Both the position numbers and the translations under genes were made by a program. From the NCBI GenBank assembly GCA_964601045.1, contig CAZRLF010000001.1, forward strand, positions 134,402 through 198,401: a stretch of 64,000 nucleotides of DNA, in the 5' to 3' direction. Position 1 is the first letter of the stretch; every line of letters begins with the position of its first letter. The notes under the pieces are model-generated. The model saw only the letters and a program-made list of their open reading frames with translations, had not been told where the DNA came from and searched no databases. Source of the DNA: an uncultured Bacteriovoracaceae bacterium (GTDB lineage: Bacteria > Bdellovibrionota > UBA2394). This document shows, piece by piece, positions 34,193 through 43,300 of the stretch.

Positions 34193-35386
34193 ATGTCGAA
34201 TCAATCATCTGCACAGCAAATCTCTGAAGCTCAAAAAAACTTTGCACCTAATATCGCTCCAGCGCCACTCGTTGCCACCCGAGGAGAAGGAGCATTTCTT
34301 ATTGATTCCGAGAATAATGAATACCTCGATTTTTCGACGGGAATAGCCGTGAATAATCTTGGACACTGCCATCCTCATATTGTCGAGGCCGTCCAAAAAC
34401 AAACTGCAAAACTTATGCATACATCGAATATGTTTTGGAACGAACCTTCGATGCTACTAGCGAAACGACTAACCCAGCTTTCATTTGCCGATCGCGTATA
34501 TCTTTGTAATTCTGGAACGGAAGCTAACGAAGCTAAAATAAAACTCACTCGCAAATACTTCTATGATCAAGGTAAACCACGATCGGAGTTCTTATGTTTT
34601 TATCAATCGTTTCATGGCCGAACCATGGGCTCGCTTTCTGCAACAGGGCAGGAAAAATATTGGAAAGGCTTTGAGCCTCTGGTTCCAGGTTTTAAATTCG
34701 CTCAGTATAACGATCTTAAGGCTGTTGATTTAATTTCTGAATCGACAGCGGCTGTATGGCTCGAGCCCATTCAAGGAGAAGGTGGAGTTCATCCGGCAAA
34801 AAAAGAATTTCTCGCGGCAATAAGAAAGCGATGTGACGAAACTGGAAGCCTTCTTCTCTTTGACGAGATTCAAGTCGGAATGGGAAGAACGGGAACTCTC
34901 TTTTGTTATGAACATTACGACATTAAGCCTGACCTCATGAGTCTGGCAAAGGGTCTTGGCGGAGGACTGCCCATAGGCGCTATGTTAGCAACAGAAAAAG
35001 TAGCGGCTTCACTCACAGTCGGTTCACACGCAACGACGTTTGGTGGAAACCCTGTCTGTGCGGCAGCAGCTAATGCGGTTTTAGATATTATGACGGCTGA
35101 TGGTTTTTTTGCTGATTTAGAAAATCGTGTAAAATATTTCTGGAGTCAGTTGGAGCGACTACGAAGCTCTACTCTGGTTGTCGATATAAGAGGAAAAGGC
35201 TTTATGGTGGGTATTGAACTTAAAGAAGATATCACCAAATTTTTTGAACAACTACGAAAGCAACGCGTCTTGGTAACTCGAATTCCACCGAAGATCTTGC
35301 GTATTTTACCCCCACTTACTGCTTCGAACGAAGAGATTTTAAGATTTGTTAATGAATTTGAAAACGCACTTAAAGCCGTTTCTTAG
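34193..35386 (+). CDS. argD: Class-III PLP aminotransferase, acetylornithine aminotransferase-like
   Basis: ...ATRGEGAFLIDSENNEYLDFSTGIAVNNLGHCHP...LLLFDEIQVGMGRTGTLFCYEHYDIKPDLMSLAKGLGGGLPIGAM contains the PLP-lysine motif. The ATG at 34193 lies inside the ORF track's TTG-initiated ORF. Confidence 0.8.
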   Translation: MSNQSSAQQISEAQKNFAPNIAPAPLVATRGEGAFLIDSENNEYLDFSTGIAVNNLGHCHPHIVEAVQKQTAKLMHTSNMFWNEPSMLLAKRLTQLSFADRVYLCNSGTEANEAKIKLTRKYFYDQGKPRSEFLCFYQSFHGRTMGSLSATGQEKYWKGFEPLVPGFKFAQYNDLKAVDLISESTAAVWLEPIQGEGGVHPAKKEFLAAIRKRCDETGSLLLFDEIQVGMGRTGTLFCYEHYDIKPDLMSLAKGLGGGLPIGAMLATEKVAASLTVGSHATTFGGNPVCAAAANAVLDIMTADGFFADLENRVKYFWSQLERLRSSTLVVDIRGKGFMVGIELKEDITKFFEQLRKQRVLVTRIPPKILRILPPLTASNEEILRFVNEFENALKAVS

Positions 35387-35398
35387 AGAAATGAACTT

Positions 35399-36577
35399 AT
35401 GGGCCAAAACGAAAAACGCGTCCGCAAAAAAACTCTCTCGGCCAATCTGACGCCAGAAGAGTATTTTGTCTTTTCAAATATTGGAGATGGGTGTTCGCTT
35501 AAAGAGCTTTTTTCTGTTTGCCCTTGGAGTGAAGATGAGATTCTTCGGAAGCTTCAGTCCATGGAGAGCAAAGGAGCGGTCGAGTGGGATAATAAAAACT
35601 CTGAAGAGGAGAAAAAAACTATTTCATCCGAACCTCAGACCACACCCCAAATTGAAGACCAGCTTCAAAAAGATGCAAGTGATCCAAATCTCTCAGCACT
35701 CGATAAAAATTTTAGACGAGAAATTCTTCTTAAGTACACGGAGCCAGAAATGGCAAATCCTTACGAAACTTTAGGTATTGACCCGCGCTCTTCGAATACC
35801 GATGTTAAAGCGCGCTATCTCGCTCTTTCTCGAAAATTTCATCCCGATCGATTTTTTCAGAAGGATCTCGGCCACTATAAAGCCAAACTTGATAATATTT
35901 TTAGTCGGATTCAGAAAGCTTATGCACTTCTAAAAAAACCTATTGAACGTGAAGCTCTCGATCGCACTCTCGCTCTACATAATCGCATTCGAGACAAAAC
36001 TACAGAAGATCACTCCGTCAAGAAACCAATCAAGCTTGATAAGGATCTTGAACGACAAGGTAAAGCTGAATTCCTGTATAAAAAAGGCTTAGAGCACGAA
36101 AAGAAAAATGAATTTATTTTAGCCTTTGAAGCTATCATGGAGGCAAAAAAAATTGCTCCAGATCGGGAGCAATATGCGAAAGCTCTTGAACGAATTAAGC
36201 CTCATATGTATCGGCAGAAGGCTTATGCGCAGTTTTCTGAAGTAAAAAAAGCTCTTCTTCGAAATGCCGCTACGGCCGACATTCTGCTTCAACTTGATGA
36301 AATTGTGAGATATGACCCCCATCTTGTAGAAGCTAAGGTGTATTTGGCAAAAACAATTTTAGATCTAAATGAAACAAATCGATTTCGCGATGCTAAAGAA
36401 ATGCTATTGAGAACCAAAGCGCACTTTAAGACAGATGGTGAGCCCTGCTATTTATTAGCTCGGCTTGCGTTTAGTTTGGGTGAAAATAAACTAGCCGAAA
36501 AAGAATTAGCAGAAGCGCTGGAACGCGAACCCACTCATGCAGCAGCAAAGAAATTGCTTAGCAAAATTAAAGGTTAA
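35399..36577 (+). CDS. J-domain (DnaJ-like) protein with a C-terminal TPR-like helical region
   Basis: The J-domain YETLGIDPRSSNTDVKARYLALSRKFHPDRF carries the HPD motif. There is no Gly/Phe or zinc-finger region, so this is not a canonical DnaJ. Confidence 0.75.
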   Translation: MGQNEKRVRKKTLSANLTPEEYFVFSNIGDGCSLKELFSVCPWSEDEILRKLQSMESKGAVEWDNKNSEEEKKTISSEPQTTPQIEDQLQKDASDPNLSALDKNFRREILLKYTEPEMANPYETLGIDPRSSNTDVKARYLALSRKFHPDRFFQKDLGHYKAKLDNIFSRIQKAYALLKKPIEREALDRTLALHNRIRDKTTEDHSVKKPIKLDKDLERQGKAEFLYKKGLEHEKKNEFILAFEAIMEAKKIAPDREQYAKALERIKPHMYRQKAYAQFSEVKKALLRNAATADILLQLDEIVRYDPHLVEAKVYLAKTILDLNETNRFRDAKEMLLRTKAHFKTDGEPCYLLARLAFSLGENKLAEKELAEALEREPTHAAAKKLLSKIKG

Positions 36578-37134
36578 TCCGGTTTTAATTTTTTTGCGTA
36601 CTTCATAAAGGACAAAAGCAAACTTTCGAGACGTTTTCTAACAGCGGCATCGTTTAGATCGCCTGACGAAGTAAATGCACTGTCGGCTTGAGGTAAACCA
36701 AAAGGCTGTGGGTAAACATACGAGCCTAAAGCATCAAAAACAAAACGAGAATTTCCAAGAGCTCTCATCGCTCCGAGTGCTCCGGGAGATGCTCCCATAA
36801 GTAAAATGGGTTTTGCCGTTAAGGGCATTGGCTTAAGACGAGAAATCCAATCGATAGTATTTTTAAGAGAGCCGGCGATTGAGCCATTGTATTCAGGACT
36901 CGAAATCACAATCGCATCGGCACTGCTGATATGACTGCCTAATTCTTTTACGCCTTTAGGAATCCCCTGCTTTTCTTCTATATCTGCATCATAGACAGGA
37001 AGCTCCAAGGGTTTAAGATCAACAACTATTGTTCTACAACTTGAATCGATCGCAAGAATTGATTGTGCAACACCCACTAATTTTTTATTAAACGACTCAG
37101 CTCGTAAACTTCCCGAAAAAAGTAAAATCTTCAT
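36574..37134 (-). CDS. NAD(P)H-dependent FMN reductase (flavodoxin-like fold; SsuE/ArsH/YieF family)
   Basis: MKILLFSGSLRAESFNKKLV...AIVISSPEYNGSIAGSLKNTIDWIS is the typical family signature. Confidence 0.7.
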   Translation of the reverse strand: MKILLFSGSLRAESFNKKLVGVAQSILAIDSSCRTIVVDLKPLELPVYDADIEEKQGIPKGVKELGSHISSADAIVISSPEYNGSIAGSLKNTIDWISRLKPMPLTAKPILLMGASPGALGAMRALGNSRFVFDALGSYVYPQPFGLPQADSAFTSSGDLNDAAVRKRLESLLLSFMKYAKKLKPD

Positions 37135-37236
37135 TTGCTTATATTTGCCACCTAATTCTAGAAAATCTAGAAATAAACTTATTCATTTTAATACAAATCA
37201 ATAAAGGCAGCAGATCAGAAAATAGGTTCCGTACAT

Positions 37237-38025
37237 TTATGAATCATCTCTTACACTTTGAACCAATCTTTGAAGTTCATCGACTCCTTCTAAAAAAAGG
37301 GCTGGCCCCGGCTGTAAAATGATCGAGGGATCCATTTCAAAAAGCTGATTTCGTTTTAAAGCGGCAGTGCCTTGCCAAATTTTCTGATTTTTTATCCAGT
37401 CAAAATTAACGGGCTTTCCACACCAAGAACCAATAATGGCATCAGGATTTTTGGCCGCGACGTCTTCAACAGTAACAATTCGATCTTTGGCCATGCTTTT
37501 TTGAGGCAAATCATTAAAGATATCTTCTGCACCAACAACTGAGATCAATTCACTAACCCATTCGATTCCTGAAATAATGGGCTCATCCCATTCCTGAAAA
37601 AAGACTTTCGGCTTTGAAAGATTTTGATTTCTTTCATGAATCAGATCAAGCTTTGCCTTCCACTCATCAATCAACATCTGGGTTTCTGAGCGACAGCCCA
37701 TAAGCGAACCGATCATCAACATCGCATCAAAAATTTCGCAAACACTTCTCTGGTTTAGGATAAGTACATTGAGCCCCAGCTTAATCAGCTCTCGTGCCAG
37801 ATCTGCCTGAATATCTGAAAAACCTATAATAAGATCAGGTTTAAGATCTTGAATTCGCTTTATATGACCTGAAATAAAAGCACTAACGATCGGCTTTTCT
37901 TTTTTTGCCTGAGAAGGTCGCACTGTATACGCTGAGATACCGCAGAGCCGATCTTGCTGATTGAGAAGGTAAATTAATTCTGTGGTTTCTTCAGTAAGAG
38001 CAATAATACGGGAAGGAACTTTCAT
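37237..38025 (-). CDS. BtuF-like (periplasmic-binding-protein type 2, cobalamin/Fe-siderophore family) domain protein lacking a signal peptide
   Basis: RIIALTEETTELIYLLNQQDRLCGISAYTVRP...KPDLIIGFSDIQADLARELIKLGLNVLILN resembles the BtuF/FecB N-lobe. No hydrophobic leader is present, and the maximal ORF begins only 37 nt after the upstream gene. Confidence 0.5.
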   Translation of the reverse strand: MKVPSRIIALTEETTELIYLLNQQDRLCGISAYTVRPSQAKKEKPIVSAFISGHIKRIQDLKPDLIIGFSDIQADLARELIKLGLNVLILNQRSVCEIFDAMLMIGSLMGCRSETQMLIDEWKAKLDLIHERNQNLSKPKVFFQEWDEPIISGIEWVSELISVVGAEDIFNDLPQKSMAKDRIVTVEDVAAKNPDAIIGSWCGKPVNFDWIKNQKIWQGTAALKRNQLFEMDPSIILQPGPALFLEGVDELQRLVQSVRDDS

Positions 38026-38062
38026 CCTTCACAAAATACCCGCACTCCCCTAAAAAATAAAT

Positions 38063-39079
38063 TTAGACTTCTTCTATCTTTCCGTTAAAGAAATTATTCA
38101 TTGATTTCGCTGAAGAAATTAAATCATCGCTTGTTGTTCCATCTTCAGGTGACATACTCATTCCCAAATTGGCATGAAGGATGAATTTATGGTCATCAAT
38201 TCGAAACGGCTCTTTAAAGAGAGCAATAATTCTTCGAGCAATTACAAAATGACCCGAGTCGGTTGAAATTTTAGGAAACAAAAGAAGAAACTCATCGTTT
38301 CCAGCACGACAGACAGTATCTTCAACCCGAGTTCTACCTTGAAGGCGAGCTGCAACAGATTTCAACAGGCTATCACCGGTAAACTCGCCGAATACTTTAG
38401 CAACAGATTTAAAATCTTCGAGTGAAATATGAGCCACCATAACTTTACGACCGTCACCAGCCTCAGATAAAGCACGATTGAGACGATCTTGATATAAACT
38501 AAAATGAGGCAACCCAGTTAGAGGATCATAATCTGCAGTATGATTTGCATTTGGTTTTACGGTCTTAGCTTCGAGCAACTGAAACTGTCGTTCGATAGCA
38601 AATTTAACCGAATTCAAAACTTTATCTCCGTCCAAGAAAGAAGATTTAACAATATAGTCTTGAGCACCTGCTCTCACCGCCGACAAACCAATCTCTTGAT
38701 CATCAAGTCCCGTCAGAACGACAATTGGAATTGTGGGATTTTGCGCTCGAAGAGTTTCGATGGTTTGAAGCCCTAAGCTGTCGGGCAAAGATAAATCTAA
38801 CAGCACCGCGTCATATTTTTTTGTTTTCAAAGCCTCAAGACCTTCAGAGAGTCTTATACAATGCGTAAGTTCTGGCCGTTTGATAGGCGGAACTTTTCTA
38901 AGAATATGTAACAGAAGTTCTGCGTCGGATCTCATATCTTCTACAAGAAGAATATTGATGTTATCGAGTGACTGAAACCCCTCAGCATCTATCTTTGACG
39001 CAGAGATGTCTTCGGGTATTTCGGCCTCGGACCGCAATCGGAGTATTTTCAGTAGTCCCATAACTCGTTCTCCTTCCAT
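38063..39079 (-). CDS. Response regulator: CheY-like receiver plus degenerate GGDEF domain (GNDEF)
   Basis: The receiver reads ILLVEDMRSDAELL...AVLLDLSLPDSLGLQTIETL...IPIVVLTGLDD. The GGDEF domain begins DYDPLTGLPHFSLYQD..., and its signature is RAGNDEF (plus about 38288-38308) instead of RxGGDEF. Confidence 0.8.
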   Translation of the reverse strand: MEGERVMGLLKILRLRSEAEIPEDISASKIDAEGFQSLDNINILLVEDMRSDAELLLHILRKVPPIKRPELTHCIRLSEGLEALKTKKYDAVLLDLSLPDSLGLQTIETLRAQNPTIPIVVLTGLDDQEIGLSAVRAGAQDYIVKSSFLDGDKVLNSVKFAIERQFQLLEAKTVKPNANHTADYDPLTGLPHFSLYQDRLNRALSEAGDGRKVMVAHISLEDFKSVAKVFGEFTGDSLLKSVAARLQGRTRVEDTVCRAGNDEFLLLFPKISTDSGHFVIARRIIALFKEPFRIDDHKFILHANLGMSMSPEDGTTSDDLISSAKSMNNFFNGKIEEV

Positions 39080-39278
39080 CAGTTGAGAAAATCTCTATCT
39101 CACCATTCTACCTGCTTTACCGAAAAGCCAAACTGCGCCAAGACTTTAGTCACACAATACAATTTGTTTAATAAAATTTCAGACCAAGTCCTGAGCATTT
39201 TATCAACTTTGTACGACTAACGTCACATATGTGAAGAAACGAACGAAATTGAAAAGAAAATAAAATCAAACCCATATC

Positions 39279-40103
39279 TTATGACTCCCGATCTTCGGAC
39301 AAAATAAGCCGATAACCGACACCATAAATCGTATGAATCTCTACTCCGATATGCTTACACTTCTTTTTGATCGAGCTAATATGACGATCAATTGTTCTTA
39401 CAGAAATTTTCGCATCACTTTTTTCCCAGATGCGATCAACAATCTGAGTACGATTTACGATTGCATCGTGGTTTTCAAACAAGAGTAAAAAGATTTTAAA
39501 TTCATTGGGCGTTAAGTCATTTGTTTCGCGGCCCTGCCGGCGAATCGTATGACTCATCAAATCGATTTCAAGATCTCTAAGTCTCAACTCTGTCGACGCA
39601 ATCAAATGCGGCATATCGAGAGAATCAGATTGTTGAGAATATAAAAAGCGCTCGTGGGCAAACTCAAGAGATCTCACCAGACGTTTTGAATCAATATCGC
39701 CCTTAAAGAGAAAATCTTGTGCTCCCATTGCAACAGCTTGAGCTCCCAAGGCTTCATTGAGAGTTCCGGTGAGAACTATAATCGGCGTATGAGAAGCCTC
39801 AGCTTTCAAAGCTTTGAGGCTAGCGAGCCCGTCACTGTCGGGCAGACTTAAATCGAGTAAAATAATTTCAAATGATTTTTGTTTGAGTACGTCAAGCGCC
39901 TCAGCCAGTGTAGAGGTGACCCGAATATCAATCTGATTCTCGAGTGCTAAATTAAGTTGGCGAGTCGTTAATGCAGCATCCGCCTCGTGATCCTCAACTA
40001 AAAGTATACGTCGAAATTTAGGCACGACTGGCATAATCGCCTGGGCAGAATTGTCCTGTGAGTCAATTGTCACTTCCTCTATCTCCTCGCTCGATTTCAT
40101 CAT
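39279..40103 (-). CDS. OmpR/PhoB-family response regulator (receiver plus winged-helix DNA-binding domain)
   Basis: The receiver is ILLVEDHEADAALT...IILLDLSLPDSDGLASLKALK...IIVLTG. The C-terminal ...LTPNEFKIFLLLFENHDAIVNRTQIVDRIWEKSDAKISVRTIDRHISSIKKKC...GVGYRL is a typical trans_reg_C domain. Confidence 0.85.
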   Translation of the reverse strand: MMKSSEEIEEVTIDSQDNSAQAIMPVVPKFRRILLVEDHEADAALTTRQLNLALENQIDIRVTSTLAEALDVLKQKSFEIILLDLSLPDSDGLASLKALKAEASHTPIIVLTGTLNEALGAQAVAMGAQDFLFKGDIDSKRLVRSLEFAHERFLYSQQSDSLDMPHLIASTELRLRDLEIDLMSHTIRRQGRETNDLTPNEFKIFLLLFENHDAIVNRTQIVDRIWEKSDAKISVRTIDRHISSIKKKCKHIGVEIHTIYGVGYRLILSEDRES

Positions 40104-40325
40104 TTAACGCATCGCTTAAATATAAATATATGTTAATAGTTTATCACCTTTGAATGAGGGTCCACCTAACTAAAGAATATTGAAAATACCTCCTTAAAGC
40201 CTGGAGGATAATGAGGAGTAATTGTATCCAAAAACACATTTTTACGATTTTGACGGAATCTTCTTATTTGAGGCATCTCTTCTCAAATTGAGGACTTAGT
40301 GCTCGAATGAAGTGGTAGTAGTACG

Positions 40326-43300
40326 ATGCAAGCACCTTCTCAAATTTTCTTCGACGAGCCTCTGACTTTTCACACAAGTCGAGGAATTTATTGCACAGAA
40401 AATATTCTTAAATCCAACTCTGGAAGTGTCACATATATAGGACGACACACACAGACTCAGGAGCGAGTAATTATTAAATCGGCTGACTCAAAAGCAGATT
40501 CAGCAACCTATACTCGGCTCATTCGACAAGCATCCCTTCTTCAAACTCGTCACGCCCCTAATTTGCCCGAAGTCATTCACTTTGAAGAAAGATTTGGAAA
40601 AGCATTTCTCATCACTCCTTTCGTTCAGGGAATTCCACTCAATGAAATTATTAAAAAGAAATCGCTTAGCGCTCTTGAAACAATTCAAATTGCAAAAAGC
40701 TTAACCAGCATTCTTAAAGAAGCTCATGCAGAGGGAATTTTACATCGCGATATCAAACCTCAGAATGTGATTGTTCCTCAATCGGGAATGTACGACCAAG
40801 CGCGTCTGATTGATTTTGGATTTGCTAAATCATTCGATCCAGAACTCGCATTTTCAGAAGAATTACTCGGAACACTTCTTTATATTTCTCCTGAGCAAGC
40901 GGGACTTATTGAAGCTAGCGTTGACGATAAATCTGATCTCTATTCTCTGGGAATGTTATTAAGTGAATGTCTCTTGGGAGCACCCCCCTTCGATGCAAAA
41001 AACTTATCGGACATTCTACGCAAACAACTTTATGAACGCCCTGCCCTTTACTCTCTTAATCCCAAGCCTCCTGAACCAGTTTTGGATTTGATCAATCATC
41101 TTATTGAAAAGGATCCTAAGGATCGCTACCAGTCAACCGACGGCCTTCTCTTTGATCTGATTGAAATTGAAAAGTTAATCAAAAAAGATGCTGAAAGATC
41201 GTTCACCGTTGGACTTCAAGATAAGAGATCCAGTCTTACCTATCCAAGTTTTATCGGAAGAAGAACAGAACTTCAGGAGCTTTCGCGAGCACTCGATACG
41301 ATTCGTCTGGGCCCTAGCCACGTTTACTCGGTTGAAGCAGAATCGGGTGGGGGAAAAACAAAGCTTCTTCAAGAATTTTCTAGAAAATGTCAGACCTCTG
41401 ACATCCGAATTCTTTGGGGCCAAGGCCGAGATCAAGTGGCCAATGTTCCCTTTCAAGTTTTTTTAGAAACATTTAGAGGCATTTCTCTTCTTTGTTCTAA
41501 AGATAAAGATCTATCGGAACGCCTTAGAATAAGCTTGTCAGACTATGCCGGAACCTTAGTTGAAATATTTCCAGGTTTTAAAGAAATCTTTGAGCCCCTT
41601 AAGCCAGCTCAAAAAAATTCAGGTCCTGAAGCATTTGGTGAAGCTCGCAGTATGCAGGCACTGTTTCAGCTATTTTCCACATTGGGTATCGCTGGCCATC
41701 CGATTGTTTTTCTTCTAGACGATTTTCAATGGGCGGACGAGCTCTCAAGTAAGTTTCTTAAACTTTGGTTTTCTGAAACTGCACGTAAAAAGATTTCTAG
41801 TTTCTCTTTAATAATCGTCGCCTTTAGATCAGAAGAGGTCGATACCTTTCACAATTTGAGACAAATGCAATGGACCCGTCAACTCAAACTCTCTGCCTTA
41901 AATCAAACCGAGACTAAAGAATTACTTGTTTCAATGGCTGGAATTTTGCCCTCTAAAGTTTGCGATTTGATTTACGATACCGCTAAGGGAAACCCCTTTA
42001 TGGCGTCCGCACTTTTACGGGGCTTAGTTGAATCAAAAAATTTGGTTTACCAGGGCAATGAATGGAAGATGTTTGAAATCGACGAAAACATTGAACCGTC
42101 GAAGCAAGCCGCTGCGATTCTTAAACTAAGGTTAAGAAATCTAAGAGACGAAACCATTTCAATTTTAAAGGTAGCCTCGGTGGCGGGAAAAGCTTTCAAC
42201 CTTAACCTTCTCTCTGCCGCAACTGACTTACCTCGTCTCGCAATTATTGAAGGTCTTGAGCAAGCTTTGAGGCGTCAAATCATCTCCGAAAAACCAAACG
42301 GCGATTTTCATTTTTTTCACGATAAAATTCGAGAATATCTACTTTCACTTCTGAGTGACGCTGAAAAAACGAAGATTCACCTTAACATGGCTGAATTTTA
42401 TCAGACTTACAAATCGCAGCATCCTTTTGAGATTTCGTACCACTTCGATGCTGCCGGCCTATCAGACAAAGCTCTTCCATTTGCCTTGCGATCGGCAGCT
42501 GATGCACGCGAAAAGAGCTCACTTAAGGTAGCTGAAGAAGAATATCAAATTGCAGTACGAGGAATTAAAAAACATGGCTCCTTTATTCAAGCTTATGTCT
42601 TTTTTAATTTACTCCAAGTTCAAATGCTTCGTGGTCGATACCAAGAAGCGTCGCTCACCTTGGATGAAATTTTTAAACTTTCACTCAATAAACCAAATAC
42701 GGCTCACCTCTGGAGTTTAAAGGGCGAACTTTCGTTTAAACAAGGTAAGACAGAAGATGCGGCCTATGCTCTTGAGAAAGCTCTGACTGTTTTGGGAATT
42801 AAAATCTATTCATCTTTTGTTCTGCCTCTGATCTGGGAAGTATTTATTCAAACTCTTCATTCCTGCCTCCCTCGTTGGCTTTATCGTCGACGTCGAGTGA
42901 TGAATTCGAACGAGAAGTTAGCTGCTCGAATTTTAAGCCGTATTACCTATACATATTGGTTTACGCGCGGAAGACTCGCATGCGCTTGGTCTCATTTTAA
43001 AGAAATGAATCTATGTGAGAGATTTTCAGATAGTTTAGATCTAGCTCAGGCCTACTCTGAGCATGGCCCCGTCTTAACCATGGTGCCTTGGTTTAAACGA
43101 GCTCAAGCTTATGTTGAAAAATCCCTCGCAATCCGTCAAAAATTTTCGGATTTCTGGGGACAAGGTCAGTCCAAACATTTTCTCGGAGTAGTAAAATACG
43201 GATCATCACAGTTTGAAGAAACAATCGAAGCTTGTGAAGAAGCCAGCTCCATTTTAAGAAAAACTGGCGATCAGTGGGAAGCCAATACGGCCAGTTGGCA

